A stretch of DNA of 63,682 nucleotides, the filler included, from Sphacelaria rigidula (Eukaryota): the NCBI GenBank assembly GCA_964200075.2. It is 9 parts of 9 records of this genome, joined end to end, with 100 filler letters (N's around TTAATTAATTAA, not from the genome) between each part and the next. Parts side by side here need not be neighbours in the genome. Positions count along the whole stretch, not along the records: positions 7,089 to 14,076 come from CAXNAA020017068.1; positions 14,177 to 21,164 come from CAXNAA020017069.1; positions 21,265 to 28,252 come from CAXNAA020017070.1; 6 more parts are not named here. One strand, given 5' to 3'. Both the position numbers and the translations under genes were made by a program. Position 1 is the stretch's first letter; each line of letters starts with the position of its first letter. Shown in pieces: positions 10,951 through 22,482 of this stretch. The notes under the pieces were generated by a model that made no database searches, was not told where the DNA came from, and saw only the letters and a program-made list of their open reading frames with translations.

Positions 10951-11419
10951 TGTTACCTAGAAGCAATTAAAAGATGAAAAAACGTGCTGGACTAGGCCAC
11001 CAATGCGATACTTACGAGAGGGTCAAGACGGATGACGCATCCATTGTGCATGACGTGACACGCATGTTCAACATGTGTTACAAATCCATGATTTTCTACG
11101 ACGGTAGCTACATCCGCTGCTATTGGCTACCCCTAGACGGAAACTGTGTTGTAACGTAGGCCACGCTTGCTCAAGGGATAAAAAACTTGAAAAAGTCAAA
11201 AGTTAGTTCCTCTCAATTTTGTTTCTGTGGTCTCCCTCAGACGGTAGCTGAACGGTATACAGGTCCTGTTTTTTCCTAGACACTTTTTTTTCTTCTTGTT
11301 GCATTTTCATTCCCTCCCTTTTCCCGGGATGGGTCCGTCCGTGGTCTAAAGAAATCACTCTATCTATCTCCCAGTACACATACACGAGCATGTGTATGTT
11401 GATGAACGGTATAACACAC

Positions 11420-11544
11420 CTTTGGAGGCTCATGAGCACAAGCGCGGCGGCTCCATCATTGAGACTGGACGCATTGGCCGCAGTTACGGTCCCTCCCTCT
11501 TTCTGGAACGCCGGCCGCAGGGCACCGAGCTTTGCCAGATCGAT
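11420..11544 (-). CDS. acetyl-CoA C-acetyltransferase (thiolase, ACAT/ERG10-like), single internal exon
   Basis: tag|[41 protein letters not shown](R)|gtgtgt; matches the thiolase LxPxF...[21 protein letters not shown] motif. Not captured by the ORF track. Confidence 0.9.
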
Positions 11545-11669
11545 CTATACATGCACCACGCAGCGTTTAGACGCACCAGCACATGCAACACAAAGAGTAG
11601 ACACCCATACGAGCACCGACAGTTCACTTACTTAGTAGCCTTTCCAACACGCGTAGTTTACCATGAGTC

Positions 11670-12358
11670 GGTCGCCACGGTGGCTCAGCTGGTAACCTCG
11701 ACCCCTCCTCACGGTTGGATTGTTGGTTCGAATCTCGGAGCGATCTGGGATTTTTTTCACACAATGCCCAACATTACAGTGGAGAGCGACTACCTCGTGG
11801 ATACACAACATTCGATATAGAACGATCGACGAGAGAAAGGGGCTGCTGCACCCCTCTCGTGATGAAAAATGAAGGCAAGCACCGCAGAAGGAAGGTGGAA
11901 AATTTCTCACACAATTCCCAACATTACAGTGGAGCGCGACTACGTCGTGATTACACAGCATTCGATAGAGAACGGTTGGCGAGGGGAAGGGACTACAGCA
12001 CCCCTCTCGCGATAAAAAATGAAGGCAAGCACCGCAGAAGGAAGGTGGAAAATTTCTCACACCATACCCAACAATACAGTGGAGCGCGACTATGTCGTGG
12101 TTACACGACATTCGACTTGAAACGGTTGACGTGGGAAAGGGACTGCTGCACCCCTCTCGCAATAAAAAATAAAGGGAAGCGCCGCAGAAGGAAGGTGAAA
12201 AAGTAAAAACAAACAAAAAAAGTAAAAACTCCTGTGTTGTTCTTTCTCCTGTGTGACCCCGAGTGGTGCGCTCACCATATATACCAAAAAGTGTACACAC
12301 TTGCGTCGAGAATAGATGGGACGAGAACACACACACACACACATACACATACACACAA
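11670..12358 (+). mobile_element. SINE family A with triplicated 150-bp core
   Basis: A box GGTGGCTCAGCTGGT and B box GGTTCGAATCTC; units start at 11758, 11908 and 12058; (CA)n tail. Confidence 0.85.
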
Positions 12359-12689
12359 CCATGCCAGCGTCTTTTTATTCATTTATTTATTTCTCGTCAT
12401 ATCGAGAACCCCCCCCCCTTCCTTCGGAAGATTCCGAGTCTCGAGGGGTCAACCAATCTACCTTCCTCCCGGTACTTGTGGACGCCGGAAATTTTGGCAT
12501 CGCAGATTCGACCAGCACTACTGCACCGCAGCCACGTTCGCCGAATTTTCTTGACTACTCACGTTCCCCGGTTCATGACGATGGAAATCGGATACGATAA
12601 CCTCCAGAAAAACGTACTGAAGTAAGTGTACATTCTGGGAATCGAACCCTACTTGTCCACCCCGACCGGGTTTTGATATGTACCATTTG

Positions 12690-13117
12690 ACAGCGGATTC
12701 TCAAAAATGGGGTTGAACACAAAAATTAGGTTCGACTCAAAAGCAGTGCTTTCCCTGACCTAAAGTAGTGGCAAATGATAAGTCATATGGACGACTTCAT
12801 CCCTCCCGACCTCCCTAAAACTATTTCGGGGGGTTTTTAGCCTTCCGTTCCCCCACAGGGTATGTGTGCGAAATCACACTTCCCCCTCGATTTCGGGGTG
12901 TGAAAAAAGGGGCGCTTTTTTGGCCCAAAAACCGTGCTTTCGCACATACTCTTTGGGGGAACGGAAGGCTAGAAACCCCCCGAAAGAGTGTTGGGGAGGT
13001 CGGGAGGGATGAGGTCGTCCATATGAAAGGCATTTGTCATGACTCTAGGTGAGGGAAAACATTGCTTTTGAGTTGAACCTCATTTTTTCTTCAACCCCAT
13101 TTTTGAGAATCCGCTGT
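12690..13117. mobile_element. foldback MITE (~200-bp arms), probably Tc1/mariner-type
   Basis: ACAGCGGATTCTCAAAAATGGGGTTGAA ... TTCAACCCCATTTTTGAGAATCCGCTGT|TA (left flank TG). A related end lies at 21265-21332. Confidence 0.85.
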
Positions 13118-13773
13118 TATTTTTTATTTAGACCACCGGGCCGAGGAGGCGAGTTGCGTTACACATGTTGCCGGTGGGTTGTCTACCCAGGGTCGATCTA
13201 AAGAAGCTTGGCGTCGGAGGGGTTAGAACGCTCGCGCAGGAAAAACCAAAGGATTCACAGTCCAAGAATTCAAACACACAGACAGAAACAGAGACAGACA
13301 CACAGACGCATGGACATCAGCAACACACTTACTTACCCCTTGCTTGCTCGCGAAGTCGTCATTTTGGTAAAGGTATACGTCTCCTAGGCCTTCATTCACT
13401 TCTGTCTGAAATTTCTTCAGTCGTGATGCCGTGTATATGGCACGTCGCTTGGTGTCACCATTGTCGGGAGGTTGGGCGTTCCGAAGACAAAACATGCGTA
13501 CGGTTTTGCGGAGCTCTCTACGAAAGGAGGCAGCAAAAGCAGTCTTTGTCTTCTTATTCAATCGAAGTTCTTGACGGAGAACAAACTGATCCATCACACC
13601 ACATCATATATATGCCCATACTAACCCCAATCTTATCGTGTATGCATATTTTAATGTTGTGGCAAAATGCCATTTTATCATATTGAGGAAGTAGACACCG
13701 AGCGTGTACCAGTCATTGGAGCGTTTGTGGCTTTCGATTTATGAAGACTGTATACGCACATTCCCACAGAACC

Positions 13774-14076
13774 GGTCGCCCCGGTGGCTCAGTTGGTAAC
13801 TTCACATCCTTCTAGTGGTTGGGTTGTGGGGTTCGATTCTCGGAGCGTTCTGGGATTTTTTCTTACACCATGCTCAACAGTGGAGAGCGACTATGTCGTG
13901 GGTACACACAATTCGACTTTACAGTCGACGAGGGACAGGGACTGCTGGACCCCTCTCGCGATAAAAATTAAAGGCAAGCACCGCAGAAGGAAGGTAGGTC
14001 ACTAAAAAACAAATAAAAAATAAAAAGCTCCTGTGTTGACCTTCCTCCTGTGTGACACCGGTTGAGGCGCCCACAT
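13774..14076 (+). mobile_element. SINE family A, cut by contig end
   Basis: Same head, T6 run and core as 2008-2372. Confidence 0.8.
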
Positions 14077-14176
14077 NNNNNNNNNNNNNNNNNNNNNNNN
14101 NNNNNNNNNNNNNNNNNNNNTTAATTAATTAANNNNNNNNNNNNNNNNNNNNNNNNNNNNNNNNNNNNNNNNNNNN
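14077..14176. other. artificial contig linker
   Basis: N44-TTAATTAATTAA-N44. Confidence 0.98.
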
Positions 14177-14311
14177 TGGAAGAAACGTAATGAGCGCCAG
14201 AATGTTAGAGGTGTCTCTATTAGGAGTAGAAATGGTGCTCCGTTTCGAAAGGGATGCGTAGTCAGTGATCAAACGACTAAGCCAAGCAAAACATAAGTAC
14301 GCCCCACCCCC
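14177..14311 (+). mobile_element. 3' end of C-tract-terminated non-LTR retroelement
   Basis: ...TCGAAAGGGATGCGTAGTCAGTGATCAAACGACTAAGCCAAGCAAAACATAAGTACG followed by a C-rich tract; homologous to 33048-33354 and 46667-46732. Confidence 0.75.
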
Positions 14312-14420
14312 TCACTCCCCATTTCTCCCCTACGCGCAATAGTTTGCGCGTTTTACGGCTTCACCATGGAGTGAGATCACGAGTAGTTGTCACGGGTACA
14401 GATGCAAAGCCCCGTCGGCT

Positions 14421-15720
14421 TCAAACTGCTTTACCAAATGCCCGTATGACAGCATAACGTAGCATATCAAAACCGAACGCCCAAGCCTCACCCTCGTACC
14501 ACTCGCGGGGTATATCTCGCTGTAGCGTGCCGCGCGAGTCATGGGTATCTCGATGAAGTCGATCCCCCAGAACAGTGTCCCCGGGAACTTCTTCACCACA
14601 GCTCTCCGTCGAGACGGCTTTTGCGATTAAAGCACAGACCACATTTCGCGCTTCGTCTCCCGTGGCCGCTTCCTCTTTAGTTTGTGGCGAAATGTACCCA
14701 CTTTTTGCCAAAGAGTCAACACCTTCTCGTTTTGTATATTCTCTTGCGTGACATCCCCTTGCCAGAAGCGCTCGAACCAATTCCCTCGTGGATGCCCACT
14801 CCCTCGCCACAGCGAGAGATGCCAAGCCGACAGAGCGCAGAGTCAGCATATCGCACGCATCCTTTTTCCCTACTGCCTCTGACTCGAGTTTGTCTTCCCC
14901 CCAACCGCCGCCCCCGTAGCCGCCGATGGTTCTCGAACTCAAGCCGGTGTCGCAGGATGATGGCGTCGTGGCGTCGGTGATGTACCCAACGCAGTTTCCA
15001 TGTTCGTGGCGTTGCTGATGAACCGAGGCTGTCGTTTCCATGTTCAGCGATCTCGGGTGTTCTGCGCTGAGAGTAGCCATTCCGTATGGTGAATCGTGCA
15101 AGCTTTGCGTCTGCCCTCCCAATATCATCATGTCGACGTTTTTCCGGCGTGTGTGTATCTCTGTTACATGATCATCTTCCTCCCCCGGATCGAGATCATC
15201 TTCCTTTCCTAACCCAGGAAACACGCGGTTGAGGGAGGGCCTGTGTTTCGCTTGTCGGCCCCATGTCCATAGCTTCCTGGTGCCTTTTGCATTTTTTCCT
15301 GGGACACTACTATTACTGCTATACCGACCTCTGGCTTCTTCCAGTAGGGTCTGGTAGGTGACCGGAAGGGTAAAATATCTCCTCCGTTTTCGTCTTGGTG
15401 TTCTTGTTCGGCTTTTTCTGGCGTACACTTGCTGAGGATCTATTTGCGCGCTATCGTAGTCTTCTAGCGATAGTCGCTGTATCCCGTCTTTGCCTGCGAC
15501 GGCCGAGTTTTCGACAGGTTCACGACAGGTAGAGGCGTGGAGAGCGTCAGGTGGATGTATTCCAGCCCCATTCACACCGACAATGAGAAAATATCTCCAA
15601 ATGAGGGGTTGATAACGTTCCGACAAGGTGGCAAGGGACGGATACATGAGAAATTTGTCGCTATCCGTACTTTTTAGGGAGCGTAATACTGGGATAGGAA
15701 ACTCTGCATATCGATACTGG
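14421..15720 (-). CDS. putative large terminal exon of an unknown protein
   Basis: 408-aa ORF whose frame stays open to ~15750; possible acceptor ttgtccag near 15720. No recognisable domain, and the join to the upstream exon is unresolved. Confidence 0.5.
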
Positions 15721-15725
15721 ACAAA

Positions 15726-15961
15726 TGCCGAGATAGCCCCCCCACAAAAAGTGTATCAGCACCATCCAACGAACCGGCTGAAATCTCACTATTGGGCTCG
15801 TTTACAGCAATTTCGCCCACATGAGAGGCGCGTAGCAGTCCGAAATCAGCTATAACGCCCGAATCAGTCGCGTCGTGCAGCACGAAACCCGCTTTAACGG
15901 CAGTTATGATTATCGCCTCCGTGCACATTTTCGGCCGGTTCGGGGGGGGGCTATCTCGGCA
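15726..15961. repeat. inverted repeat / possible MITE
   Basis: Perfect 18-bp IR TGCCGAGATAGCCCCCCC plus an inner imperfect arm CGAACCGGC(T/C)GAAA. Confidence 0.6.
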
Positions 15962-16311
15962 GCAGTCACTGACGATATTTTGACATGTATCAAAGGATGA
16001 ATCAGGAGCAGCACTCGTCGTGCCCTTTGAAGTTATTCAACGATGGATAATAAGAGGTGTCCTGGAATATTTCCCGTGGAGGGGTGTTGTAGCATCTCGG
16101 TTTAGCTTCAATTACCGAGCCTTAAGGCAACGTACGTGCTACGCGGTTCTTCGACGCGAAGAGGGAGCGGGATTAATAGAATTCGTCGGAGATGAAAAAA
16201 TATGCTTTCGATTCTTACAGAACGCGACAGAGAAAAAATACCATCTTTCCTTGAACGATCCTTCCGTTTCCCTTCCGAACTGTCAGGCGCTATATGTTGC
16301 CGTGCACTTAC

Positions 16312-16591
16312 CTATTCCTTCAAAGCGTGCATACGTCACTCGAATCGTGATGCCCTTTGCTACTCTCATCAGAGACGAGCAAAAGTAAATTCCAGTGACA
16401 TGCGGCACGACAGCATACGGTCGACCCTCTGCCGCCAGATGTGACACGAGCGTGTCGGTTGACGCGATTTCGTGATGGACACAGTTACTGTCCTTCGCCA
16501 TGTCGCGCGCGAGTTTCGAGATACCAGGTACCACATAGGATTCCACATCAGGAAGTAAGTCAAATCCTTTCGGCGAGAGCTTCCAGCATAG
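16312..16591 (-). CDS. putative internal exon of an unknown protein
   Basis: cag|LCWKLSPKGFDLLPDVESYVVPG...RVTYARFEGI G|gtaagt; open for 280 nt; phase 0 acceptor matches the donor at 17204. Confidence 0.55.
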
Positions 16592-16715
16592 CTGCTTGTG
16601 GGTTACCCATGGTCAGCGCAAGAGGGATGGACGGGACGGGTGGGCGGGGGCGGACTTTGTGGTCTGTTCAGCTATTCAAATGTCAAGACTGGCTGGCTAT
16701 CCTAAGCTCTCGGTT

Positions 16716-16886
16716 CACGCCTCATAAATTTGGATTTCGATCACCGAAATATTTGGGTCCTAGGTCGGAAACCAATTTCGGAACCATTTTGGCGTCGGTT
16801 CGGACACCCGAAATTCCCCAGAATTGGTTTCTCACCTCCTAGGACCCCGACATTTCGGTGATCGGAATCCAAATTTCTATGGCGTG
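16716..16886. mobile_element. hairpin MITE (~170 bp)
   Basis: CACGCC...AAATTTGGATTTCGATCACCGAAAT...GGGTCCTAGG pairs with CCTAGGACCC...ATTTCGGTGATCGGAATCCAAATTT...GGCGTG. Confidence 0.8.
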
Positions 16887-17203
16887 TAGCAATTGACAAT
16901 AGGTATCAGTAGGTGAAGAAATCGAACCATATTTCGAAGATTTGGTGTGGATACGAATATTTTAATTCTCCGGGTTTCTCATCCCCCCCAAAAGATCCAT
17001 CCCCAGTTTGTAAGATCCCGTGTTCATAGCCGACGCAGGCAAATAACCGGGACCCGGAGGTGAAAAGTGCGCTACGATACTGTACATTTCATAGATCAAC
17101 AAGTTCTGTCATTTTAATAGTCTACCTCATTGGAACAGCAAAAGTTGTACTTCGAACACAGTAGCACATGTACGACTTGCTACAATAGATAGAAGACAAG
17201 CAC

Positions 17204-18028
17204 CTGTGCGCCATGAACCCCATCGGGTGCAACGGCATTGTCCACGTCAGCAAGACCAACACACTCTGACAGATCAAAAGTTGGTCCATTCAGAGGGCAC
17301 TCGACCACAGCTCCTGGAAACTTGCAGTATATCCCAAGCCTCGACTCTATCTGGCTACCGTGGCGGTACCCATACCCCCAGAAACTCTTCTTGGAGTTGC
17401 TGAGAATTCCGTTGGTTATCCCACCGCCGCCTTCATAACGAGACATTGCACTGCGGCCGTAGGGATCTGCTAGGTGATTATTTGCCTCCTCGAGAAAATT
17501 TGCGAAGCGCAGAGTGCGTGGCGGTGCTCGGATTGCGAGCACTCCACCGTCGACGTGTGAAGGGGCTGGCGGGGCGCGGTTGCCTTCGGCCGTGTGGTTA
17601 CAGTGCGAAGTCGAAACCACCGCCAAAGCGCACTTTCCGATCACCGCGTCTTGCATGCCCGGTATCTGGCTGTGCACTTCGCGTGTAGAAGACACCACGG
17701 GGATGCGCAATCCTCGGCCAACGGCCTCCCAGCTGGGGGTTGACGGCGTTCGCCCGTCCCAGTCTTCGTTGTATGGTTCGTATTGCTCTGGCGGCCGTTT
17801 TTCGCTGTTGTTCACGACGAATCCGCCGAAGGTGCTTCTACCCTGCACAGGCAGCGACGGTGATGTTTTCGCCCAGTATTTGTGCCCGCTACCGGCACCA
17901 CCAGTTGAGGTGGTCTTCCCCAGCAGTCTGCCGGCAAGAGCCGATCGAACAGCATGCTTCCGGCTGGTCGTGGGCGAAGTATGCGGAAACAACACCCCGC
18001 TCATGTTTGCATTCACGCTACGCAAGGT
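17204..18028 (-). CDS. putative large exon of an unknown protein
   Basis: ~275 open codons ending ...DGVHGAQ|gtgctt; 5' boundary uncertain (in-frame TAG at 18029-18031 may be the acceptor). Confidence 0.5.
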
Positions 18029-19839
18029 CTAGGCCGCCGCGGGCACAACGATGTGGACGCAGCTGCTTTCTCGAATGGCCTTTACAATCCTATAGCTTCT
18101 CATGCTCCCGCCTTACCTACCGTAGAAAGTCCGCAATCCCGTTCCGTAGCCCATTTGCTACTTCGAGCCTGTTGTTCATCGATCACCAGCCAGCACACTT
18201 ACACCTCATGGCCTATATTTTGCTCCGGTTTTATGTGTGTCTTCGTGTTGACGGTACAGTATGTGTAGTGTCTGTGGAGAATGTTCGTGTGTACCGTGTA
18301 GCAACGGGTTAATGCCCTTCGCCAGTTTACAGAGCACTAAGTAATACCATACCAGGACATGCGTATCGGTACAGTCACTCAACCGTGGCAATGTACACCA
18401 TAGATTCGCCACGTGCACTGCAAACCGGCTAAAGATATTGTCTCTCCTGCTAACAAATGTCATACTCCAACACATCGTGTTATTTGAATACTCTGTCCCA
18501 CCTGATGTATATAGTGCGTGGATATCCCTCCTCTTTGCATTGGACGGCGCACTCTCGCTACCTCAGACCCAATCAACCAATGACACATCAATGAGTGCGA
18601 TGATGCTAGTGTTTGATTATTGACATTTTTTCTGCCGCCACCGTTTGATCGAAGGGTACGGCGCAGCCAGCGAGTTTCAAGCCTGCGGCCACATGCAGCA
18701 TGGTGGTCGGGGCACTAGCTGTATACTATGCTGTCTCACGAGCTTTGTTCTGTACTGAGAGGACGCAACTGAAGTAAACTAAGCCTTTTCCTGGGGACAC
18801 GCGCCGGACAACGGACATCTGTAAACCGCAGGAGGCACAGAACACAGAGAAATAGAAATACACACTAATCGAGGTGACATGATACAAGTTTTGTTGACGA
18901 AGGGAGGGTGCCGTGCATCACACAATGGCGATAAACAACGGAGGTGGCAACCAGGGGGGAGTGCTGTAATGAGCCGCGTTTGTCAAGTGGCGGAGCACGC
19001 GAAGTCGAGATGATTGGGATAGACAAGCAACGGCGATAGTGAGATTCACGAGAGAGCTGAGAAGGAAGACGTTAAACTCCGAAAGATCATCAGCAGCTGC
19101 GATGATTGAGGGCTGCTGACAGTAGGACTGGGGTTAGCGACGCTGAGGATCACCTTGGGTGAGCTCGCCCAAGTACACACTCCCGAGTGTGATACCTGGC
19201 ACGTGTAAGGTGAGGGATGGAAAAGGTAGCAGGGTGCTGTAGTGTTGATGCGGCTAGCGTGATGACAGGAGCACGCAGTAGAAGCTTGGCGCCTGGACTC
19301 TTCAGATTCGCAAATCAACTCCCGAGTGCCACGATTCTAATCGTGTCCTCACCTGTATAGCACGTACGTCTCGATTTCATGAACAGATGAGGTCCCATGT
19401 CGGCCTTTCTGTTATTGTAGCGTCTTGTGGATACGCACGTGACATTTTTAAGTGTTCTTGTTATTCGTCACAAGTAGTTTGTGCACTATAAGAGATGTCA
19501 TCAGGTGCATGGTAGGCTCGGCTCACAGCTCACAGTTGTGGTGCCTCGTGTACAAGTCGCCGTTTTGGACGAGCTACAGGAGGGGAAACTCCATATTTCA
19601 TTATTCTAGCCGCACGACGGCCGAAAGTGAACGTGAACACTCTGTAATCACCTGATGCCACACGAATGACGGATGGCTCTAAGCCTTCCTTCGATTTCGC
19701 GGTGGTTTCAGTCGTTGTCCAGAAAGTTGATGATTGCCAAGTTTGCAACTTGAGATATTTGTAATGAGCGCAGCATACTCTATACTTTTCCTGTTGTGCC
19801 GTGCAGATTCCGAAGGCCTCGTAGTCAGGGGGCAACTTA

Positions 19840-20557
19840 CTCCCTCCGATCGAAAAATATAGGATCGGTGAGGACGAAATGCTTATAATAGTAAGTCAAC
19901 CTGTAAGTGAAAAGTTGGGGCGTGGATTCGATCATCACTGAAAAAACATCCTTTTTTCTTCGAAAAAGCACACTTTTTTCTTTAGTTTGTTTTTCTTCGT
20001 GCTGTTTTTTCGCTTTAAAGGTGCCGATTTTTGGCACCCTGTGATTTTGCTCCCGGTCAAAAGGGGAGATGTTCGTTTATTACAGCAAATTGTTGGTCTA
20101 CAGCATGCTCTATATACCCAAGATTACAACTAAAAAAAGAGATTGGAGCAAAAAACTTGTATTCGCTCCATACGGGAGAAAAAAACGACACTTGAGTTTC
20201 CCTACTGACCAGATCTTCGGAAAATCCGTCCGAAGAAAAAAACAGTCATTCGGAGGGGATGTAAATTTACCATCCCCTGTTGTAGGCCATATATTTAATC
20301 TGTATACCGATAGGAGCACGGCAACACAAAACGGCGCAAAAATACCTTTTGTAACGCCCTCAACGACCGAACCGCCGATCTTATATTATTATTCCGGAAA
20401 CCCGCACGGGTGGCCACTGGGGTGCCCGTAACCTCAAATTTGGACGTTTTAGATCCTGTTCAACATCTGTAACGTCCAAATTTGAGGTTGCAGGCATCCC
20501 AGTGGCCACCCGTGTAAGGCCTTATCTTACCGATCTTCAATTTTTGGTTGGAGGGAG
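19840..20557. mobile_element. Stowaway-like (Tc1/mariner) MITE
   Basis: TA|CTCCCTCCGATCGAAAAAT...GATCGGT ... ACCGATC...ATTTTTGGTTGGAGGGAG|TA. Confidence 0.8.
20405..20514. repeat. near-perfect 110-nt hairpin nested in the Stowaway-like MITE
   Basis: CACGGGTGGCCACTGGG...AACCTCAAATTTGGACGTT / AACGTCCAAATTTGAGGTT...CCCAGTGGCCACCCGTG. Confidence 0.85.
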
Positions 20558-21164
20558 TAATGATTTTAAAGATCACGGACGCATACACAAGAGCTGCCCG
20601 TTCACATGTAACAACGTTTTCTTGAGATTGAGAGTAGAGCGCGGGTTGAGGGTGGCTTTGGTAATTTGCCTTGACCTAGCCAATTTTCATTCCGTGTGCG
20701 CTTTTCTCTACATCTATATTACCAGCGTGTGTTTACAGCCACACGTCGATATCCTACTCAGGGATATCAAGGGCCTCAGTGGCAAGCTACTACAGAAAGC
20801 ATGTCGGGCCTCGTGGAGGGGCCTCTCGGAACTGAAACGATTCATTCACTAATTGACCGCTTTCCACTGTCAATCGTATCCTCTATACTCTCAATCTCAC
20901 GAAAATATTGTTCTGTAGAGAGGAGTACCTTCAAGCGAATATTGCAACTTTCGATGCTGTGCTGGGGGTTGAGATTGTCACCTCCTTTTTGGTAGGTATC
21001 ATGTCAAGCATTTCATTGAGTGTAGGCTTTTAATAGGAAACTGTTGTTCGTATTCTCCATTCAAGGGTGAAACAGTAACATTGAACGGTGCAAAATCTGA
21101 GCACAACTTTTAACAGCAAATTGTGCGAATTGAGGTTTAACTCCGAGATGAGGTTCAAGCCTAA

Positions 21165-21264
21165 NNNNNNNNNNNNNNNNNNNNNNNNNNNNNNNNNNNN
21201 NNNNNNNNTTAATTAATTAANNNNNNNNNNNNNNNNNNNNNNNNNNNNNNNNNNNNNNNNNNNN
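21165..21264. other. artificial contig linker
   Basis: N44-TTAATTAATTAA-N44. Confidence 0.98.
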
Positions 21265-21701
21265 AGGGAAAGCACGGCTTTTGAGTTGAACCTCATTTTT
21301 TTTTTCAACCCCATTTTCGAAAATCGGCTGTTAACTGCTATCTCCATCATCCAGCGATCAGGGGGTACCCCTCCCATGAAATCGGGTCACCCCCCCCTCC
21401 TCCGACCCCAGAATGAGATTTGTGCAGCGAAAGAGGGGGTGGTACATGGATTTCCCGATATGGGCCCCCTCGTTTCAAAGACTATACTACAATGATGAAA
21501 CAACAAATCCCCCGGCGTAACACTGACTACAAACTACACTGCTGACAATTTTGACTCTGATGTTCGATTTCATTTTTGAAAATAATACGTATGTTATATC
21601 TGTTTCTGGCTGCGCCCAGTGCCGAACTAATCCCCGCTCTTCCAAGAAGGTCCCTTCCGTGTTGTGGGATAAAACGTCGTCTGTAGGTAAAGGCATCTTA
21701 A

Positions 21702-21805
21702 CCCTTGGACCGCGAGGTCAGTCTTCTGTTGAATCGGCATCAATTTCAAGTGAAAAAAAGTATGCATCTGCATGATCCAGAAAGACTAATCTCGCGGTCT
21801 AAAGG
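21702..21805. mobile_element. piggyBac-type MITE
   Basis: TTAA|CCCTTGGACCGCGAG...CTCGCGGTCTAAAGG|TTAA; reverse-complement copy of 4762-4859. Confidence 0.85.
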
Positions 21806-22055
21806 TTAAACTCGAGGTTCCCGATGAATTTAACAGTAATCTAGACACTGCGTCCGAAAATATGTGGAGACTTCGGAGATGCCCGAAAGCTCGTTAATGT
21901 TAGCCATAGAAGTATCTCAAAGTCGAGGTTCCGGGATATTTAACAGCAGTGATACACCATCAGATGTGGGGGGAACCTCGACTTGGAGACATATACTACT
22001 GTTGAATATACCGGACACCTCAAGTTTAAGATACTCCTTTATGGGCGGGCAGGCT

Positions 22056-22482
22056 CATACGCGGCCATTTGGCTATTCCCAAATATCCCTTCTACGCAAA
22101 AATTGACCCCTCCAGAGGGTTCGGACTAGCTTCCTCGAGGTGTTTAATCGCTCCACAGGGTGGATATAGGTGGATAGTATCCCTCTCCAGAGGGATTAAA
22201 CACCGCGAAAGGAATCGACTAAGCTCTAGAGAGATTATCATATACTACTAGCATTGTGTTGGATCCTCCAAAGTGCACATAACCCTTCTAGCGGGGCTTC
22301 ATCTCCTTCCGTCTAGAAGGGTGACTTTGTCTGGACGATTCCTCTAACGGCGTCTAATCCCTGTGGAGGGGCTTACTTTCCACCCTCCAGAGGGGTTTAA
22401 CGCCTCCAGGGTCTTTTTCCCCTCTGGAGGGGAAAATGTTCGTGAGGAGGGATTTTGGAGGGTAGCCAAATGACCGCGTGTG
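22056..22482. mobile_element. CACAC-terminal MITE, second copy, 2-bp TSD CT
   Basis: CT|CATACGCGGCCATTTGGCTA ... TAGCCAAATGACCGCGTGTG|CT; internal CCCTC(C/T)(A/G)GAGGG motifs as in 9562-9962. Confidence 0.8.

Noticed and set aside
10227-10970. Poly-Tyr / poly-Ile ORFs
   Set aside because: Caused by an (AAT)n microsatellite inside a SINE.
11632-12354. 240-aa and 163-aa repeat proteins
   Set aside because: By-product of the 150-bp triplicated SINE core.
13337-13405. Upstream thiolase exon TEVNEGLGDVYLYQNDDFASKQG|gtaagt (minus)
   Set aside because: Good donor and compatible phase, but it lacks the conserved thiolase DE motif expected here; not supportable without RNA-seq.
17514-18312. Plus-strand 172-aa and 190-aa ORFs
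   Set aside because: Likely antisense shadows of the longer minus-strand frame, which has a usable splice donor.
19046-19835. Further minus-strand exons upstream of the contig-3 orphan gene
   Set aside because: Splice-like sites exist but I could not join them into a stop-free model.
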